A DNA stretch of 61,158 nucleotides, the filler included, from Thelocarpon superellum (lineage: Eukaryota): the NCBI GenBank assembly GCA_026025795.1. It is 2 parts of 2 records of this genome, joined end to end, with 100 filler letters (N's around TTAATTAATTAA, not from the genome) between each part and the next. Parts side by side here need not be neighbours in the genome. Positions count along the whole stretch, not along the records: positions 30,634 to 61,158 come from JAPEUG010000202.1; 1 more part is not named here. One strand, given 5' to 3'. Under the pieces are notes generated by a model. That model was not told where the DNA came from and ran no database searches. It saw nothing but the letters and a program-made list of their open reading frames with translations. Within the stretch, counting starts at the first letter, position 1; every line of letters begins with the position of its first letter. A program made the position numbers and the translations under genes. This document shows, one piece after another, positions 39,374-51,320 of the stretch.

Positions 39374-42300
39374 TTACGACTCATCATCATCCAATACACC
39401 TTTACCCAATGCTGCCAGGCTCAGCTCATACCGGCCTGGACTGTGATCTCCCAACATGCTGACCCCAAACCGGATCTCACCAAATCGTCGTTCGACATCA
39501 CGCACATACTTCAACACGGCGCGCGTGGCCGGCCTACCGAGGTTGCCCGGGCCAAAATCCCCCGTCGTCGCAGTCGGGGTGAAGGCCTCGCGCTGTAAAA
39601 CACGCTGCGTCTCGACGACAAAAACCTCGCCAGGTGGATAAAGCTTGGGGCTCATCATGCTGGCCCGCAGGCCCTTGAGGGCCGAGTAGGCCCACTGGTC
39701 GTCTTGCTCGTTGACGAGGCCGGCGCGGTCTCCATAGATGCGCTCCGTCAGACCGCTGCTTAGACCCTCCCATACCCGCTGCCGCACCTCGGCCTTGGCG
39801 TTGGACGTGTCGGTCTTGAAGGCGAGCGCGACGGCTTGCAGATCGCGGAGCAGTCCAAGCGACAGCTGCGGCACCAGATCCTGCCCGTTCACCACCGTCG
39901 TGATGAGGCCTCGCGTGGCTAAGCGCAAGGCCGGCGCGATAGTCGCCGGTGGGCCGTACGCGTACACGTGTACGGGCCGACCCCCTGGTAGCCGGAGGGG
40001 CTCCGGTGCCGGCGGAGGCGCGCGTGTGGCGGTGCTCGAGGTGAGGAGCATGGGGGACTTGGGGAGCGCCCCCAGGGTCACAAAGGCAGACACCGCAGGA
40101 TCCACCACGTTGGGCTCCGAGATCATGATGGCCAACAGCGCCGCCACTCCGCCGCCCAGTGAGTGGCCGCAGAGGACGAGGCCATACTCGGGGAACTCTT
40201 CCAGCGCAGCTTTGATCGTTGCCATGACGCGCCCGCCCCCGCCGTAGAGCAAGCGTCGCGCCGAAGCGTGGATCCCCTTGTGGACGCGGTAGTCTCGCCC
40301 GCGCCACGTGAGATCGTCGTAGTCACAAGTCATGTCGGTGAGGACGTCTTCGAAGCCGAGCGTGCCACGGCACGTCAGCACCACGGCGTGCGAGTCGTGA
40401 TCGAGCGAGACATAGTGCACCAGCGGCACGCCCGTGTTTGTCTCACCCGCCGCGTTCGACCCGCCTTGTGGGTCCACGAAGGAGGACAGGAGGATGGTGG
40501 AGGGCGGGAGACGGGTGTGGCTGGAGAACGAATGATGCTCGGCGTGGTGTAAGAGGTCTCGCTCCACAAGCTTCGTTGACGTCGTGTTCGACATGGCCGA
40601 GGAAGAGGCGATGCCCATGACGCGAAGGAAGTTCGCGCCGTACGAGGCTGAGGCAAACCGGACGTATCGCGTCATGTTCCGGACCAAGTGCGCGCGTGGG
40701 AACAGGCCGTCGATATGTCCGCTGTGATGCAACGCCATGACCGCGGCGCTGTTGTCGAAGGCGCTCCGCCCGTGTCGGTCGGCGCGCACGAGCGAGGTCT
40801 CGGAGTTGTTGGTGTTCAGGGTGTAGATGCTCGGGATATAGGACTTTGATTTCTGATGGCCGCGTCGTGGGCTCGCCGGCCCCACATCGGCCATGTACAC
40901 GTTCTTCTCCGACCGCGATCTCATCAGGCTGCTCGTCGGTCGCGCCTGACTCCGTGTCTGGTTGGGCGAGGCCGGACGCGAGGGCTCCACAGAGTGAATG
41001 GAGTAAGTGTCCGTCTGCGAGACGAGCGAATCGCGGCGTCGCTGATGCACCGAATAGTAGCTGGCGCGCGAGGGACTCCGCGGCGGCTCGGGCCGCTGAC
41101 CCAGGTCGCGGGAGGAGAAGTAGTTCGGATTGCCCCGCTGAGGCGCGTGCGGTAGGGCCGTCTTGGTCACCCCTTTGGATTGGGTGGTGCGGGGCACAGG
41201 CAGCTGCGATGAGGACTGTGATGGTTTCTTCGAGCCTGGCACGGCCGTCAACGCCGGCCCCGCCCGATTGGAGCCCCACGGCGGTCGCGCGTCTTTCGAC
41301 TTGGCGGCCGGCGGGACGGGCGGCGCCGCACTGTCGCGGTTCCAAATGTTGGCCAGGTTGGAAATGGAGCCGCCCTTCTTCAACATCTTGCGCGACGACT
41401 CCTTCTTCTCCACCTTTTCCGGCGACGGCTGCCGCGACTTGGAAAGATGCTTGGGGAGCGACATCTTGAGGTGGAGTGCGTTGGACTTCTCCGGCTCGGT
41501 GTACGGGGGCGGCGGGCTAGCCGGTTTCCGCGGGCGCTTCTGGTTGGCCGCATTGACTCGGGTCGACAGGGGCGTTTTCCGGGCGGCGGCACCCCTGGTC
41601 GGCCGGGGCGGATCGTCGGCGTAGACCTGCACGGGCTCAGCATCATCGGAGAAGGTGGACTCGGTGAAATAGCCCGTCTCGCCATCGGCAACGGCATCGG
41701 GCTCCGGTGAAGTAAGGGGCGAGATCCGGGGGCTGGTTTGCAGCCTGGAGTTGTCGTCATCTAGCGCGGATCGGTCGGGACCTGTCGTGTCCGAGTCGGT
41801 CAGCCGGGCCAGGCTAGCAGGGCCGTCTGTTGGCTCCATCGTGGTGCTGCGAAGGCGGTTGTTGATGGTCCGGTAGACGACGCGGTACCAGGGAATGGGC
41901 GCCGAGACGTACTCGGTCCCGTGCGCCTCGTGGTCTTCGGTGGCCGGAATTTGGTGTGCGTTCTCTTCCACCACGTACACACCGGGTGGCGGGGCAATGT
42001 CGGCCGGCTCGGCTCCGGTGACCTCGACAGTGATGGTCTTGGTCGTGACGGTCTCGGTGGTGATGGAAACGTTGGCATTGGGAGGGAGCTGGGCCAGGAT
42101 GTGGTCGCGGATGCTCGCCTCGGGCCATGCGGTCATAGCGTCCGAGTCGCGGACGGCCAGGGCGCCATTTTGGGGAGCATCATCGTCCCGTTGGATGGCG
42201 TCAAAGACCTCGGCTTGTCCGGACATCTCCATGAAGGAATAGGCGCCACCTCGCTTCCGGGACCCTTCCCCTTCGATCGCGGCGTGGGCCGCATCTTGTG

Positions 42301-43030
42301 GTGACGAGCCCGGGGCCGCGGACCGGAGGCCGATGACATCGGCGCGGCGGCCGTCATCGAGGATGACGACATCCCAGACGGCCTCCTCTATGCCACCATC
42401 CTTGATCTCTCGCTGGGTCGTCTTGAAGCACCAGCGCTGAAGTAAGGCGAGGCCGCTGATGCCCACGATTAGATCGACGACGCCGACGCGCTCGCCCTTG
42501 ACGCCGGTCTCGGGGTTCTCGAACTCGCGACGGATCAAGGTGACGATGGAGGCGATGGCGCGAGAAGATTCCGTCGAGCCTAGGACGGAGTCCAGAGCAG
42601 CCAGTACATGAAGGGATAGGGTTGAGGCTGAGGCGAGCGTGGCAGAGGAGACGTGGAAGCCGGTGGCGACGAGGAATGAGGCCTGGCTTAGGGTCGAGTG
42701 GAGGGTGGCGATGCTCCGCTCCAACAGCGACTCGGCCTCGGCCTTGCCCAGCTCACCCGAGCTATGGGAGGTGACATCACGTCCGGCCTTGACGAGGATG
42801 CTCTCGACCACGGCCCGGCTGAGATCGAGGCCGGTCAAGGTGGTGATTCGGGCGCCATCGATGGCAAGTCCGCCCAGGTAAGTGCCCACGGACAGGTACA
42901 GCGAGGAAGAGCGGGTGGCCAAGCTCACGAGCGAGGCGATCGGGCTCGGGAGTAGGGTGGGCGGCGTCGTGGTGGATGGCGGAGATGGCGGGGTGTTGCG
43001 GGAGACGACTTTCTCGTCGTCGTCGGCCAT
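39374..43030 (-). CDS. Large class-3 lipase (DAG-lipase-like) domain protein; start uncertain (frame open to 43222)
   Basis: Motifs FASASYG, VLTCRGTLGFEDVLTD, VHKGI, catalytic GHSLGGG, YAYGPP, DLVP and DHSP. Confidence 0.88.
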   Translation of the reverse strand: MADDDEKVVSRNTPPSPPSTTTPPTLLPSPIASLVSLATRSSSLYLSVGTYLGGLAIDGARITTLTGLDLSRAVVESILVKAGRDVTSHSSGELGKAEAESLLERSIATLHSTLSQASFLVATGFHVSSATLASASTLSLHVLAALDSVLGSTESSRAIASIVTLIRREFENPETGVKGERVGVVDLIVGISGLALLQRWCFKTTQREIKDGGIEEAVWDVVILDDGRRADVIGLRSAAPGSSPQDAAHAAIEGEGSRKRGGAYSFMEMSGQAEVFDAIQRDDDAPQNGALAVRDSDAMTAWPEASIRDHILAQLPPNANVSITTETVTTKTITVEVTGAEPADIAPPPGVYVVEENAHQIPATEDHEAHGTEYVSAPIPWYRVVYRTINNRLRSTTMEPTDGPASLARLTDSDTTGPDRSALDDDNSRLQTSPRISPLTSPEPDAVADGETGYFTESTFSDDAEPVQVYADDPPRPTRGAAARKTPLSTRVNAANQKRPRKPASPPPPYTEPEKSNALHLKMSLPKHLSKSRQPSPEKVEKKESSRKMLKKGGSISNLANIWNRDSAAPPVPPAAKSKDARPPWGSNRAGPALTAVPGSKKPSQSSSQLPVPRTTQSKGVTKTALPHAPQRGNPNYFSSRDLGQRPEPPRSPSRASYYSVHQRRRDSLVSQTDTYSIHSVEPSRPASPNQTRSQARPTSSLMRSRSEKNVYMADVGPASPRRGHQKSKSYIPSIYTLNTNNSETSLVRADRHGRSAFDNSAAVMALHHSGHIDGLFPRAHLVRNMTRYVRFASASYGANFLRVMGIASSSAMSNTTSTKLVERDLLHHAEHHSFSSHTRLPPSTILLSSFVDPQGGSNAAGETNTGVPLVHYVSLDHDSHAVVLTCRGTLGFEDVLTDMTCDYDDLTWRGRDYRVHKGIHASARRLLYGGGGRVMATIKAALEEFPEYGLVLCGHSLGGGVAALLAIMISEPNVVDPAVSAFVTLGALPKSPMLLTSSTATRAPPPAPEPLRLPGGRPVHVYAYGPPATIAPALRLATRGLITTVVNGQDLVPQLSLGLLRDLQAVALAFKTDTSNAKAEVRQRVWEGLSSGLTERIYGDRAGLVNEQDDQWAYSALKGLRASMMSPKLYPPGEVFVVETQRVLQREAFTPTATTGDFGPGNLGRPATRAVLKYVRDVERRFGEIRFGVSMLGDHSPGRYELSLAALGKGVLDDDES

Positions 43031-43915
43031 GATGTTATCGACGTGTGACTGGGACGTGCTGGCGACCGACCCAGCTCCATTCGTCGAAGCGATGATCGAG
43101 TGCGGGCGAGGGGTGACAATGGTTGAACGAGTCGAGCGAGTCGACAGTCTCGAGAGAGTCGAGACAGCCGGGGATCGGTGATCGTTTAGATATTGGAGCC
43201 ACGGTTGCAGCGTGGCGGCCAAAGATCCTGGTCCGGGGTCTCGCGTCCGTTGTCCGAATTACCGGCTGTGCGAGGGTCCATGCTGGTGCTGGAGTGTTGT
43301 GTTGAGGACAGGCCGACAGGGCCCGACAGGGTGCGGCAGTCTACGCGATTCGGGATAAGGCGAAACCAGCGCCACGGGCAGCGGGTGACTTGTCCTCGCT
43401 CTTTGGTGGGGCAGACATTCGCATGTGATCGGTACAGGGAGGTCGGGTGTGACGCGCAGCAGCCAACCAGCGGACGGCTTCTTTGATGTTTCACGTTCCT
43501 CGAATTCAGCCTACATTCTTCGCCGCCGGTCTTGCAATAAGTAAGCTAGAGAGTCGGATGCCCGAGGGACCATGCCACAGTAAAACATATGACTCTTGAT
43601 CGCTCCACGGACAATTGTGGCGGCGGGTCCGGCATGTGACGGAAACCCTAAATGTAAGGTACACGAGGGCGAGCACCCTCCACCCTCAACCTCTCTCCTT
43701 ATTGGTGCCACATAGATCATGAAATCCGCATATCCGCATGGCCTATCCATCTCAGCGTCCCCCACCGTACTGGCAATGATGCTGCTTCTGTTGTTACAGC
43801 CACCCTCCTTTGCCGTGACCGCGGCGCGTCGATGCCCCGCGGCTCGGTCTACACGGTGCGTTCTCATGCTACTAGCACACCTATTTCCTCCTCCTCCTGC
43901 AGCACTACCCGATTT

Positions 43916-45019
43916 TTACAACTTCTCCTTGGGCTTTAGCATCAACTCCGGCCGAACGTACTTGTCGAAGTCGGCCCCGCTCAACGCCTTGAGCTCCATG
44001 GCACTTTGCTTCAGCGTGAGGCCCTTCTTGTGCGCATTCTTGGCCACCTTGGAGGCCATGTCGTATCCAATCACGGGGTTCAAGCACGTGACCAGCATCA
44101 GACTATGCTCACGTCAGTTTTTCAACGAGCCGGCAAATTACCTCGTCCCTCATCTGGGCCAAGCTTACCTTTCATGCAGTAGCGTCGAGATGCGGTCCTC
44201 GTCCGCCTCGATGCCAATCACCAGGTTCTTCTCGAAGCTCCGCATGCCATCGCTCAGGATGCGCAGGCTATGCAGCAAATTGCGGATGAGCACGGGCTTG
44301 AAGACGTTCAGCTCGAACTGCCCGCTCATGCCCGACACCGTGATTGCCGTGTGATTGCCCATGACCTGGGCGCACACCATCGTCAGCGCCTCGCACTGCG
44401 TCGGGTTCACCTTGCCCGGCATGATGGAGGAGCCCGGCTCGTTTTCCGGCAGCTTCAGCTCGCCCAGACCGCATCGCGGACCCGAGCCCAGAAACCGAAT
44501 GTCCTGCGCGATCTTGAACAACGAGCAGGCTAAGGTGTTGAGCGCGCCGGACGCCTCGACGATGGCGTCGTGGTTGGCCAGCGACTCGAACTTGTTGGGC
44601 GCGGTGTAGAATTGGGTCCCGGTGGCCAGGCTGACTTCGGTCGCGACGGCCTCATCGAAGCCGGCGAAGGTGTTGAGCCCGGTGCCGACGGCGGTACCAC
44701 CCTGCGCGAGCAGGCGCAGGTGTGGCAGCACCACCTCGACCCGCTCGATGCCGCGCTCTAGCTGCGCCACATAGCCCGAAAACTCCTGACCCAACGTCAG
44801 GGGCGTGGCGTCCTGTAGATGGGTGCGGCCGATCTTGATGATGTCGGCGAACTCCTGGCTCTTGGCCTGCATGGCGTCGCGGAGACTTCGCAGGCCCGGT
44901 AGCAGCTGCTCCTCGATCTCGAGCACCGCGGCGATGTGCATGACGGTGGGGAAGGTATCATTGGACGAGGCCGACATGTTGACGTGGTCGTTGGGATGGA
45001 CGGGCTTCTTGGAGCCCAT

Positions 45020-45051
<32 letters not shown>

Positions 45052-45691
45052 AGATGACCTCGTTGGCGTTCATATTGGACTGGGTGCCCGAGCCCGTCTG
45101 CCAGACGACGAGGGGGAAGTGATCGATCAGGCGCAGCGACGCCACCTCGGCCGCGGCCTGCTCAATAGCCTGGCCGAGTCGGGGATCCAGGCCGTATCGC
45201 ACGTTGACCTTGGCCGCAGCGCCCTTGAGGATGCCAAAGGCGCGCACGATAGGCGGCGGCATGCGGTCGTTGGGCTGATTGATCCGGAAGTTCTCGAGGG
45301 ACCGCTCCGTCTGCGCACCCCAGTATTTGTCCGCGGCCACCTGGATCTCGCCAAAGGCATCGCTCTCGGTGCGCGTGGGCCCTGCCATCATCGTCGTGCC
45401 GTTGCCAAACGCTCTCGATGCCGTGCCGGCCCGGGGGGTGAAAATGGGTGCAAGACCAATGTCAGGTCGCGTAGGCCACGATGGATAGACGGCACGTCGT
45501 GCGCGGCCGCGAATCGGAGGATGACTGGAGCAGGGCCGAGAGGTGGGGTAATGGCGATGGAGGAGCGCTGGTGCTCCACTCGTGACATATGTCAAGGTCG
45601 TCGGACCGCGCACCAGAACAGCCGAAGCCGAGCTCCTCGAGGCGCAAGCGTGGATGCGTCCCGCCATCCAGGGGCCCTGTGGACATAGCAT
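43916..45691 (-). CDS. FUM1: Class II fumarate hydratase with a long N-terminal presequence; one intron about 44104-44168
   Basis: Motifs [30 protein letters not shown], signature [15 protein letters not shown], and [12 protein letters not shown]. Confidence 0.97.
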
Positions 45692-46008
45692 GGAGGCGGA
45701 TGAGCAGACCCCCTTCAGAGGTCTCTGTCCTTACACAATGGAGCGGACCCGACCCAGCTGGTCCACAATCCGACGAGGCGCAAAAGTTTCACCAACGAAG
45801 TGTACAACCCCCGGGCAGGGCAGAACCACACGGGTAGTATACGAAGTACCACCATGTTATGGGAATTATACTACGGCCGCCATTCGCACCTGTTTGGCGC
45901 TACGGAAGTTCTCGGCGGCACCCACGTGCAGGGGTCGGTGGCTCCGGACTCTTCCGCTGGCCAATCGCGTCGCACTGCGCCACTCCGTTCGCCGTGACGT
46001 TACTGCGA

Positions 46009-46057
46009 GTTCTCACTCCCTTATCCACAATGCTATTGTGAATAAGGGAGTGAGAAC
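46009..46057. repeat. Near-perfect inverted repeat: 23-bp arms, 3-nt loop, 1 mismatch
   Basis: GTTCTCACTCCCTTATCCACAAT-GCT-ATTGTGAATAAGGGAGTGAGAAC. Confidence 0.92.
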
Positions 46058-46128
46058 AATTAATGATGTGGTTCCGTAGCATTCCTCGGTCCTGCTCGTT
46101 ACACGCTTCTGCGCCACCCTTAGAGCAC

Positions 46129-46982
46129 TTACTGACTCGCTCTCGTACCAGTCTCGTTCGAAGTGGCATCGACCTCGGCATTTTCCACGACGTCCACCAT
46201 GAAACTGCCTCCTAGCATGATGGCTGGCTCGTCGACTGCGTGATGCTCGTAGCTTTCCCATCTGATCAGCATGACTAGGACCGCCAATAGTCCCAGCGAG
46301 CCACATACCTCAAGGTCCCCACTCCTCCTGCCTCCAGGAGCATCGACGGATTGTCGCGAAGGCTTTTTCCGATCCACCGCATCGCAAAGGCTCGGAGGAT
46401 ATGACCATGCGCGACCAGGAGCACATCAGAGGGTCCTGGCGCCGTCTTTCCCTTGGACCCCGCCATGGCGGGTCCATGGAAGCGCGCACGGATCCTGGCA
46501 ATCAGTCGATCTAGCCGCTCCGTGACTTGTTCCGGCGACTCCCCGCCGGGACAGCCATCGGTCCAGATGTCCCAGGCCCCGGTGCCGCCAAACTGCCGTT
46601 TTCGCTCCTCGCGAATCTGTGCCGACGTCTTGCCCTCGTAATCTCCGTAGTCCCATTCGCGGATGTCTTGCGTGACCTCGATGGTCGCGTCGCTGCGGCA
46701 CTCGTCCTCGTTGTTCGCGCTGCATTCCCACGGTAGTCGCTCGCGGGGCACGACGCTGAGCAGCTCGAGCGTGCGCTGTGCCCGCTTACGAGGAGAGACA
46801 TATACGTGTGCGAGCATGTGCGGGACAATCAGCCGGTCGTCGCCCACCAGCGCTCTGCCCGTGGCGCGGATGCGTCGTTCGCCGTTGGCCGTGAGCGACA
46901 GCTCCGTCGTGCCCGTATGGCGGCCGTTGAGCGACCATTCCGTCTCGCCGTGGCGAATTATGAAAGCCCTTGGGGTCGTCAT
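46129..46982 (-). CDS. Histidine phosphatase superfamily protein, sedoheptulose-1,7-bisphosphatase (Shb17)-like; one 3' intron
   Basis: Motifs RHGETEWSLNGRHTG, EWDYGDYEG, GGES, VAHGHILR and LEAGGVGTL/SYEHH. Confidence 0.85.
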
Positions 46983-47594
46983 GATTTGGACACGTTCCAC
47001 GTTCCACGATCTGGCAGATGCTAACGTCAGTGATTGATTCCTACGTCAAATGTGGACCCAGGAGTGGGGGGCCTCGAAGGCGGGGGTGGTGGGGGGCACT
47101 CCCACTCGGAAGATTCTTGGTGCTGGTCTCTGCTCTACCCCAGACGCGTAGACTGACCGATCGATGTATTTCCGTTGCGCCGCACACACTCCTGCTGATG
47201 AGTTGTTCTGTTGACCAGACGCCGATTGGCTCACCAACAGCCGACACACATGCACCGGGGGATCGCCAGGTTATATTCGTAGCCTGCCCGTCATACCGTA
47301 CCAGTACTCGTGCATGACGCTAAGTTCAGGAGCCCCGGAGGTTCATTCAGACAAGCGAAGCAAACAGCCGAAGTGTTTGGTAAGTTCCAGAGTACGAAGC
47401 AGAGGAGCTCCATGCGCCATTCACCTCTAGCGAGCTAAGCGCTCCCTGCTCAGCGTCGGAGAAAACGTCGTCGAGATACGACGAGATGCGGGAGCTCCTC
47501 CGTGTCAACGCCCGGAAACGATTTGATACGACAGGAGCTACACAGCACGCAACGGACCATCGTCCATGGACCTCCACACCTCGTGCCCCGGACC

Positions 47595-48009
47595 ATGTCA
47601 GCGCGACAACAGCAGATTCGTCGCATTGTCCTCACCGCGTCTGTCGCCTCGATCGTTGTGACGGGAGCGTGGTATGGTGCTGGACTGAAGACTCGCCAGG
47701 AGGTGGCCGTGGTATGGTGACCTGTATCCTGTGCCCTGTCGGACGGTAGAGTCTGGGTGTCATCTGGACGGCACCGCTCGATACTACTCCTGGGAGGAAG
47801 TAGAAGGGACCGGCTAATCTTCTATGGTGCAGGTGTCCAAGACGCGCGCGGAGCTCTCCCGGACCGATCGATTGGCGCAGCTCGAGGAGAAACGCCGGCA
47901 TTTCCTGAAGCAGAAGGCCGATATTGACCAGAAGATCGCCCATGTCGAAGCCCGACGACTGAAGAGACTACAGGCGGAGGAGGCTAGTAGATCGGGGGAG
48001 TCGGTGTGA
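47595..48009 (+). CDS. Small protein (about 97 aa) with an N-terminal hydrophobic helix and a C-terminal coiled coil; intron 47712-47832
   Basis: MSARQQQIRRIVLTASVASIVVTGAWYGAGLKTRQEVAV/VSKTRAE...LEEKR. The intron GTATGG..CTAAT..CAG keeps the frame. Confidence 0.7.
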
Positions 48010-48216
48010 GGAGACCCCATGGGCCGCATTACTTCTACAAGACCCTATCAAGAGAGGGTACACGCGGTCGAGTGGCAGGTATAGTCGTGGATGAACATTA
48101 ATCTAGCCTGGTAAATGCGTCGCAGGTCGTCCCGTCAACGCTGTACATCTAGATGCTGCTTGTTGTGGCGCCAGTTCATGCGTGAGGATCGTCGTAAGCC
48201 AGCGCCCTTTGTCCCC

Positions 48217-50124
48217 CTACCCCGTCACATCCGCCTCCTTGGGCACCGCGATGGCGCGATACAGCAAGATCAGGGCCGAGTGCGATTCCCCTGTGCCACA
48301 TGTCAGCAAGGTGGGGGAGCTGCTCGCATGGTCACCACTCACCGCCCCCAGCCAAGGTCTCGATCTTGTCGGCGTCGACCTCGGACACCTTTTCGTCGTT
48401 AAACCACCACCACTTCCCATCTTCGGCACCCTGCATGCCTGTCGCTGGGTCGCGAGGTGCATCCTTCTTCACATACGCCGTGTAGTGTCCGCTGTCGGCA
48501 CTCGCGCCTTGGTGCGTGATGACGCCGCGCAGTTCGTACAGTCCGGACTGGTTCGCCCCGTCATCCGCGGCCAAGCCGGGGTGGACCAGCTTGATGAGCT
48601 CCTTCTTCGCCGCCACCAGGGCCTCGGCGCGCTCGGCCTCGTATTCGGCGTCGGTCTTGAAGACGACGTCGGGCACCTCGCCGTCCTCGGTCTTCGTCTC
48701 GGCCTTCTTCTCCGCCTTCTTCTTTTCCGCATCGCTCTTCTTCGTCGTGACGGCTCCGAGTTTGGCCTCCTGCTCCTGCTCTTCCACCTTGAGCGTATCG
48801 AGTCGCTTCTGCCGTTTGCGCGCCCGCTCCACATCTTGTTCGTCCTTCCGCACCTCGCGAATCTTGTCCCGCACCGGGATCAGCATCCGCTTCAGCTCAT
48901 CCGTGCAGAATTCCACCACATCGAGCTCCTGGGGAAAGGTGACGCGCCGCATGATCTTGGCCTTCTTCTGGGCCTCCCGTTTCCAGAAGAAGCGTACAAA
49001 GTGAACGGCCAGGTATTTGGGGAAGCGTGCCACACGGGACCGCTTGGTGTAGAGTGCATCGCGGTCCAATACGACGGACTTCTTCTCAATCTTCTCCTCC
49101 AGCGCGGCCAAGATGCCGTCCCGTAGATGGTTGGTCTGCGCGCCAATGTGACAATCGAGTTTGAGGAAGGTGTCCTTGGCCTCGACCGCTGTCTCACCCT
49201 CACGCGCCCCCGGCTCATCGCATTCGGTGATCGACTCGAAGGTACCGGCAAAGTATTTGTCGACGAATGACGGTGCTTCCGTGGTGGCACTGGAGCTTGC
49301 CGCCGCAGCTGTGCCGCCATTTGCCGCTGGGGCGTGGATTCTCAGCTTTTGCCGCAGTTGTGACACGATCTGCGACCAAGCCTCCTCGGCGTCTTGTTGG
49401 GCAAAACCATGGCCGGTCTTGGACTTTTGAGCGAATTGAGGAAAGGCGGTGCGCAGCGCGTTGAGGAACATCAAGGGCGGAAAGCCTTCTTGCGTCTCCG
49501 ACATCTGCTGGTAGAGGTCGCGGAGCGATGCGGTGAGATCCATCGACGCCCCAAGCCCTCCGAGCCCGAACTGACCTAAGTTCCCCAGCCCGGATGATGC
49601 CGAGTCGGCGCCCGTAGCCGGTGGCTTGTACTTGGCCAGCTCCTGCTGTAGCTCCGGCACCACACGTAACGTCTGGAGGGTAGAGTTTAGGTAGCAGGTA
49701 TTGCCCAGATTCTGGAGACCAGCCGGGATCGCTCCGGCCACCTTGGCCGCCTCGGCTTCCGTCATGTCCTCGACGAAACGCATCTTCTCCTTGGGCCGTT
49801 GCAGCACCTCGCCTGCCCCATCACCCGTAGATGGCGTGCCCATCATCATAAACGTGTGACCGGGCTTGATGCCGAGCGTCGTCAGGTCGGTGTGGTCTTT
49901 GAGTTGCCCGCCTTTGACGATGATCTTCTGCCGGTCTGGCTCGACGCCGGTGATCGAGTAGACTTGGTATTTGAACACCTCGCCCGTCGAGGTCGGGTCG
50001 AGGTCGACATTGTGGCGTTTGCCTTGGTGCTTGACAATAACTACGCGTCTCTCACATTAGCTCAGTATTCAAGTGCGGAGAGCGGGCCCAGTCATTTCTT
50101 GAGCTCACCAGGTATCGCGGTCAT
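48217..50124 (-). CDS. UBP6: Proteasome-associated deubiquitinase Ubp6/USP14, 2 introns
   Basis: UBL domain (TGVEPDRQKIIVKGGQLKD), Cys box GLQNLGNTCYLNS, QQDAEE and His box THQGASADSGHY..WWWFNDEKV. Confidence 0.96.
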
Positions 50125-50567
50125 CGTGCAGGGTGGTGTTCAGACAACGTCGTGGACAGAACTCGACTTGTGTGATGAACACGAGACGGTGGTGGGAGGC
50201 AACGGCGGAGGCGAAGTCATGTCGAACAAACAGAGCAAACACGCGGCTGCCGGTCGAAGCTGCCCCACGGCAACCTGCCAACGACACCGTCATCGTATCC
50301 CCTCTGTGCCATCAGGTCAATCAGTAGCCACGTCAACCACGGCACGTTCCATCCTTCATCCGCTGTTCTTTCGATTCGGGGTGGTCCGGCTGCATGTAAC
50401 TCACTGGGTGTGTTTGGGCTTACACCGGTCGGCATCGCTCCAACTAACTGAGAGATAAGCGCCTACGTAGGACCCCATCGTGACATGCTCATCCATGAAC
50501 GGAGCCATCTGTGATCGCAGTTCCTGATCCCTCCGGCCGTGGCCCCTTTCTTCATCTCGCCCGCGTC

Positions 50568-51320
50568 ATGGTCTGGCCGTCCCTGCAGATTCGCGCACCA
50601 CGGCCGGTAGAACTAACGTGGTGTGGGACAGTCTCAATCCCTCCGGCCCTACCTCCAGTGTGTGCGGTCGTCTTTGACGGCGGCACTTTCGCTGGCGAAC
50701 TTTGCCTCGCAGACGTCGGAACGACACAACGTGCCCGAGATCGAAGCCAAGACCTCGCCCGAGGTGCTTTTGAATCCTTTGACCGTGTCGCGCAACGAGA
50801 ATGAGCGGGTCCTCATCGAGCCCAGCGTGAACAGCGTGCGCATCAGCATCAAGATTAAGCAGGCCGACGAGATCGAGCATATCCTAGTCCACAAGTTCAC
50901 CCGCTTCCTGACCCAACGCGCCGAGGCCTTTTTGGTGCTGCGGAGGAAACCAGTCAAGGTAGGTCGGGTGCACCACGAGACGAGGACGAGGACGATGATG
51001 GGCTCACCCGGCACCAGGGCTATGACATATCTTTTTTGATCACCAACTTCCACACCGAGGAGATGTTGAAACATAAGCTTGTGGATTTCATCATCCAGTT
51101 TATGGAAGAGGTGGATAAGGAAATCTCGGAGATGAAACTCTTCGTACGTGCCACCGGCTCGCGACCTCGCCCTGCCCCCCACGCCCCCGCTGACGCCTGT
51201 GCCAAAGTTGAATGCCCGCGCGAGATTTGTAGCGGAATCGTTCCTGACTCCGGTACGTTTGTTCCCCCTTGTAGCTGGCTTCCAACCGGTCCCTGACTCG
51301 TCTCCAACCAGTTCGACTGA
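50568..51320 (+). CDS. ARC19: Arp2/3 complex 20-kDa subunit (ARPC4/Arc19), 4 introns; the first coding exon is ATG only
   Basis: [53 protein letters not shown]../LNARAR../FD*. Confidence 0.96.

Noticed and set aside
43916..43930. Fumarase C-terminal EKL as a peroxisomal PTS1
   Set aside because: Glu at position -3 is non-consensus and there is no other support.
47195..47230. CTGATGAG resembling a hammerhead ribozyme core
   Set aside because: No stem II followed by GAAA and no matching flanking helices.
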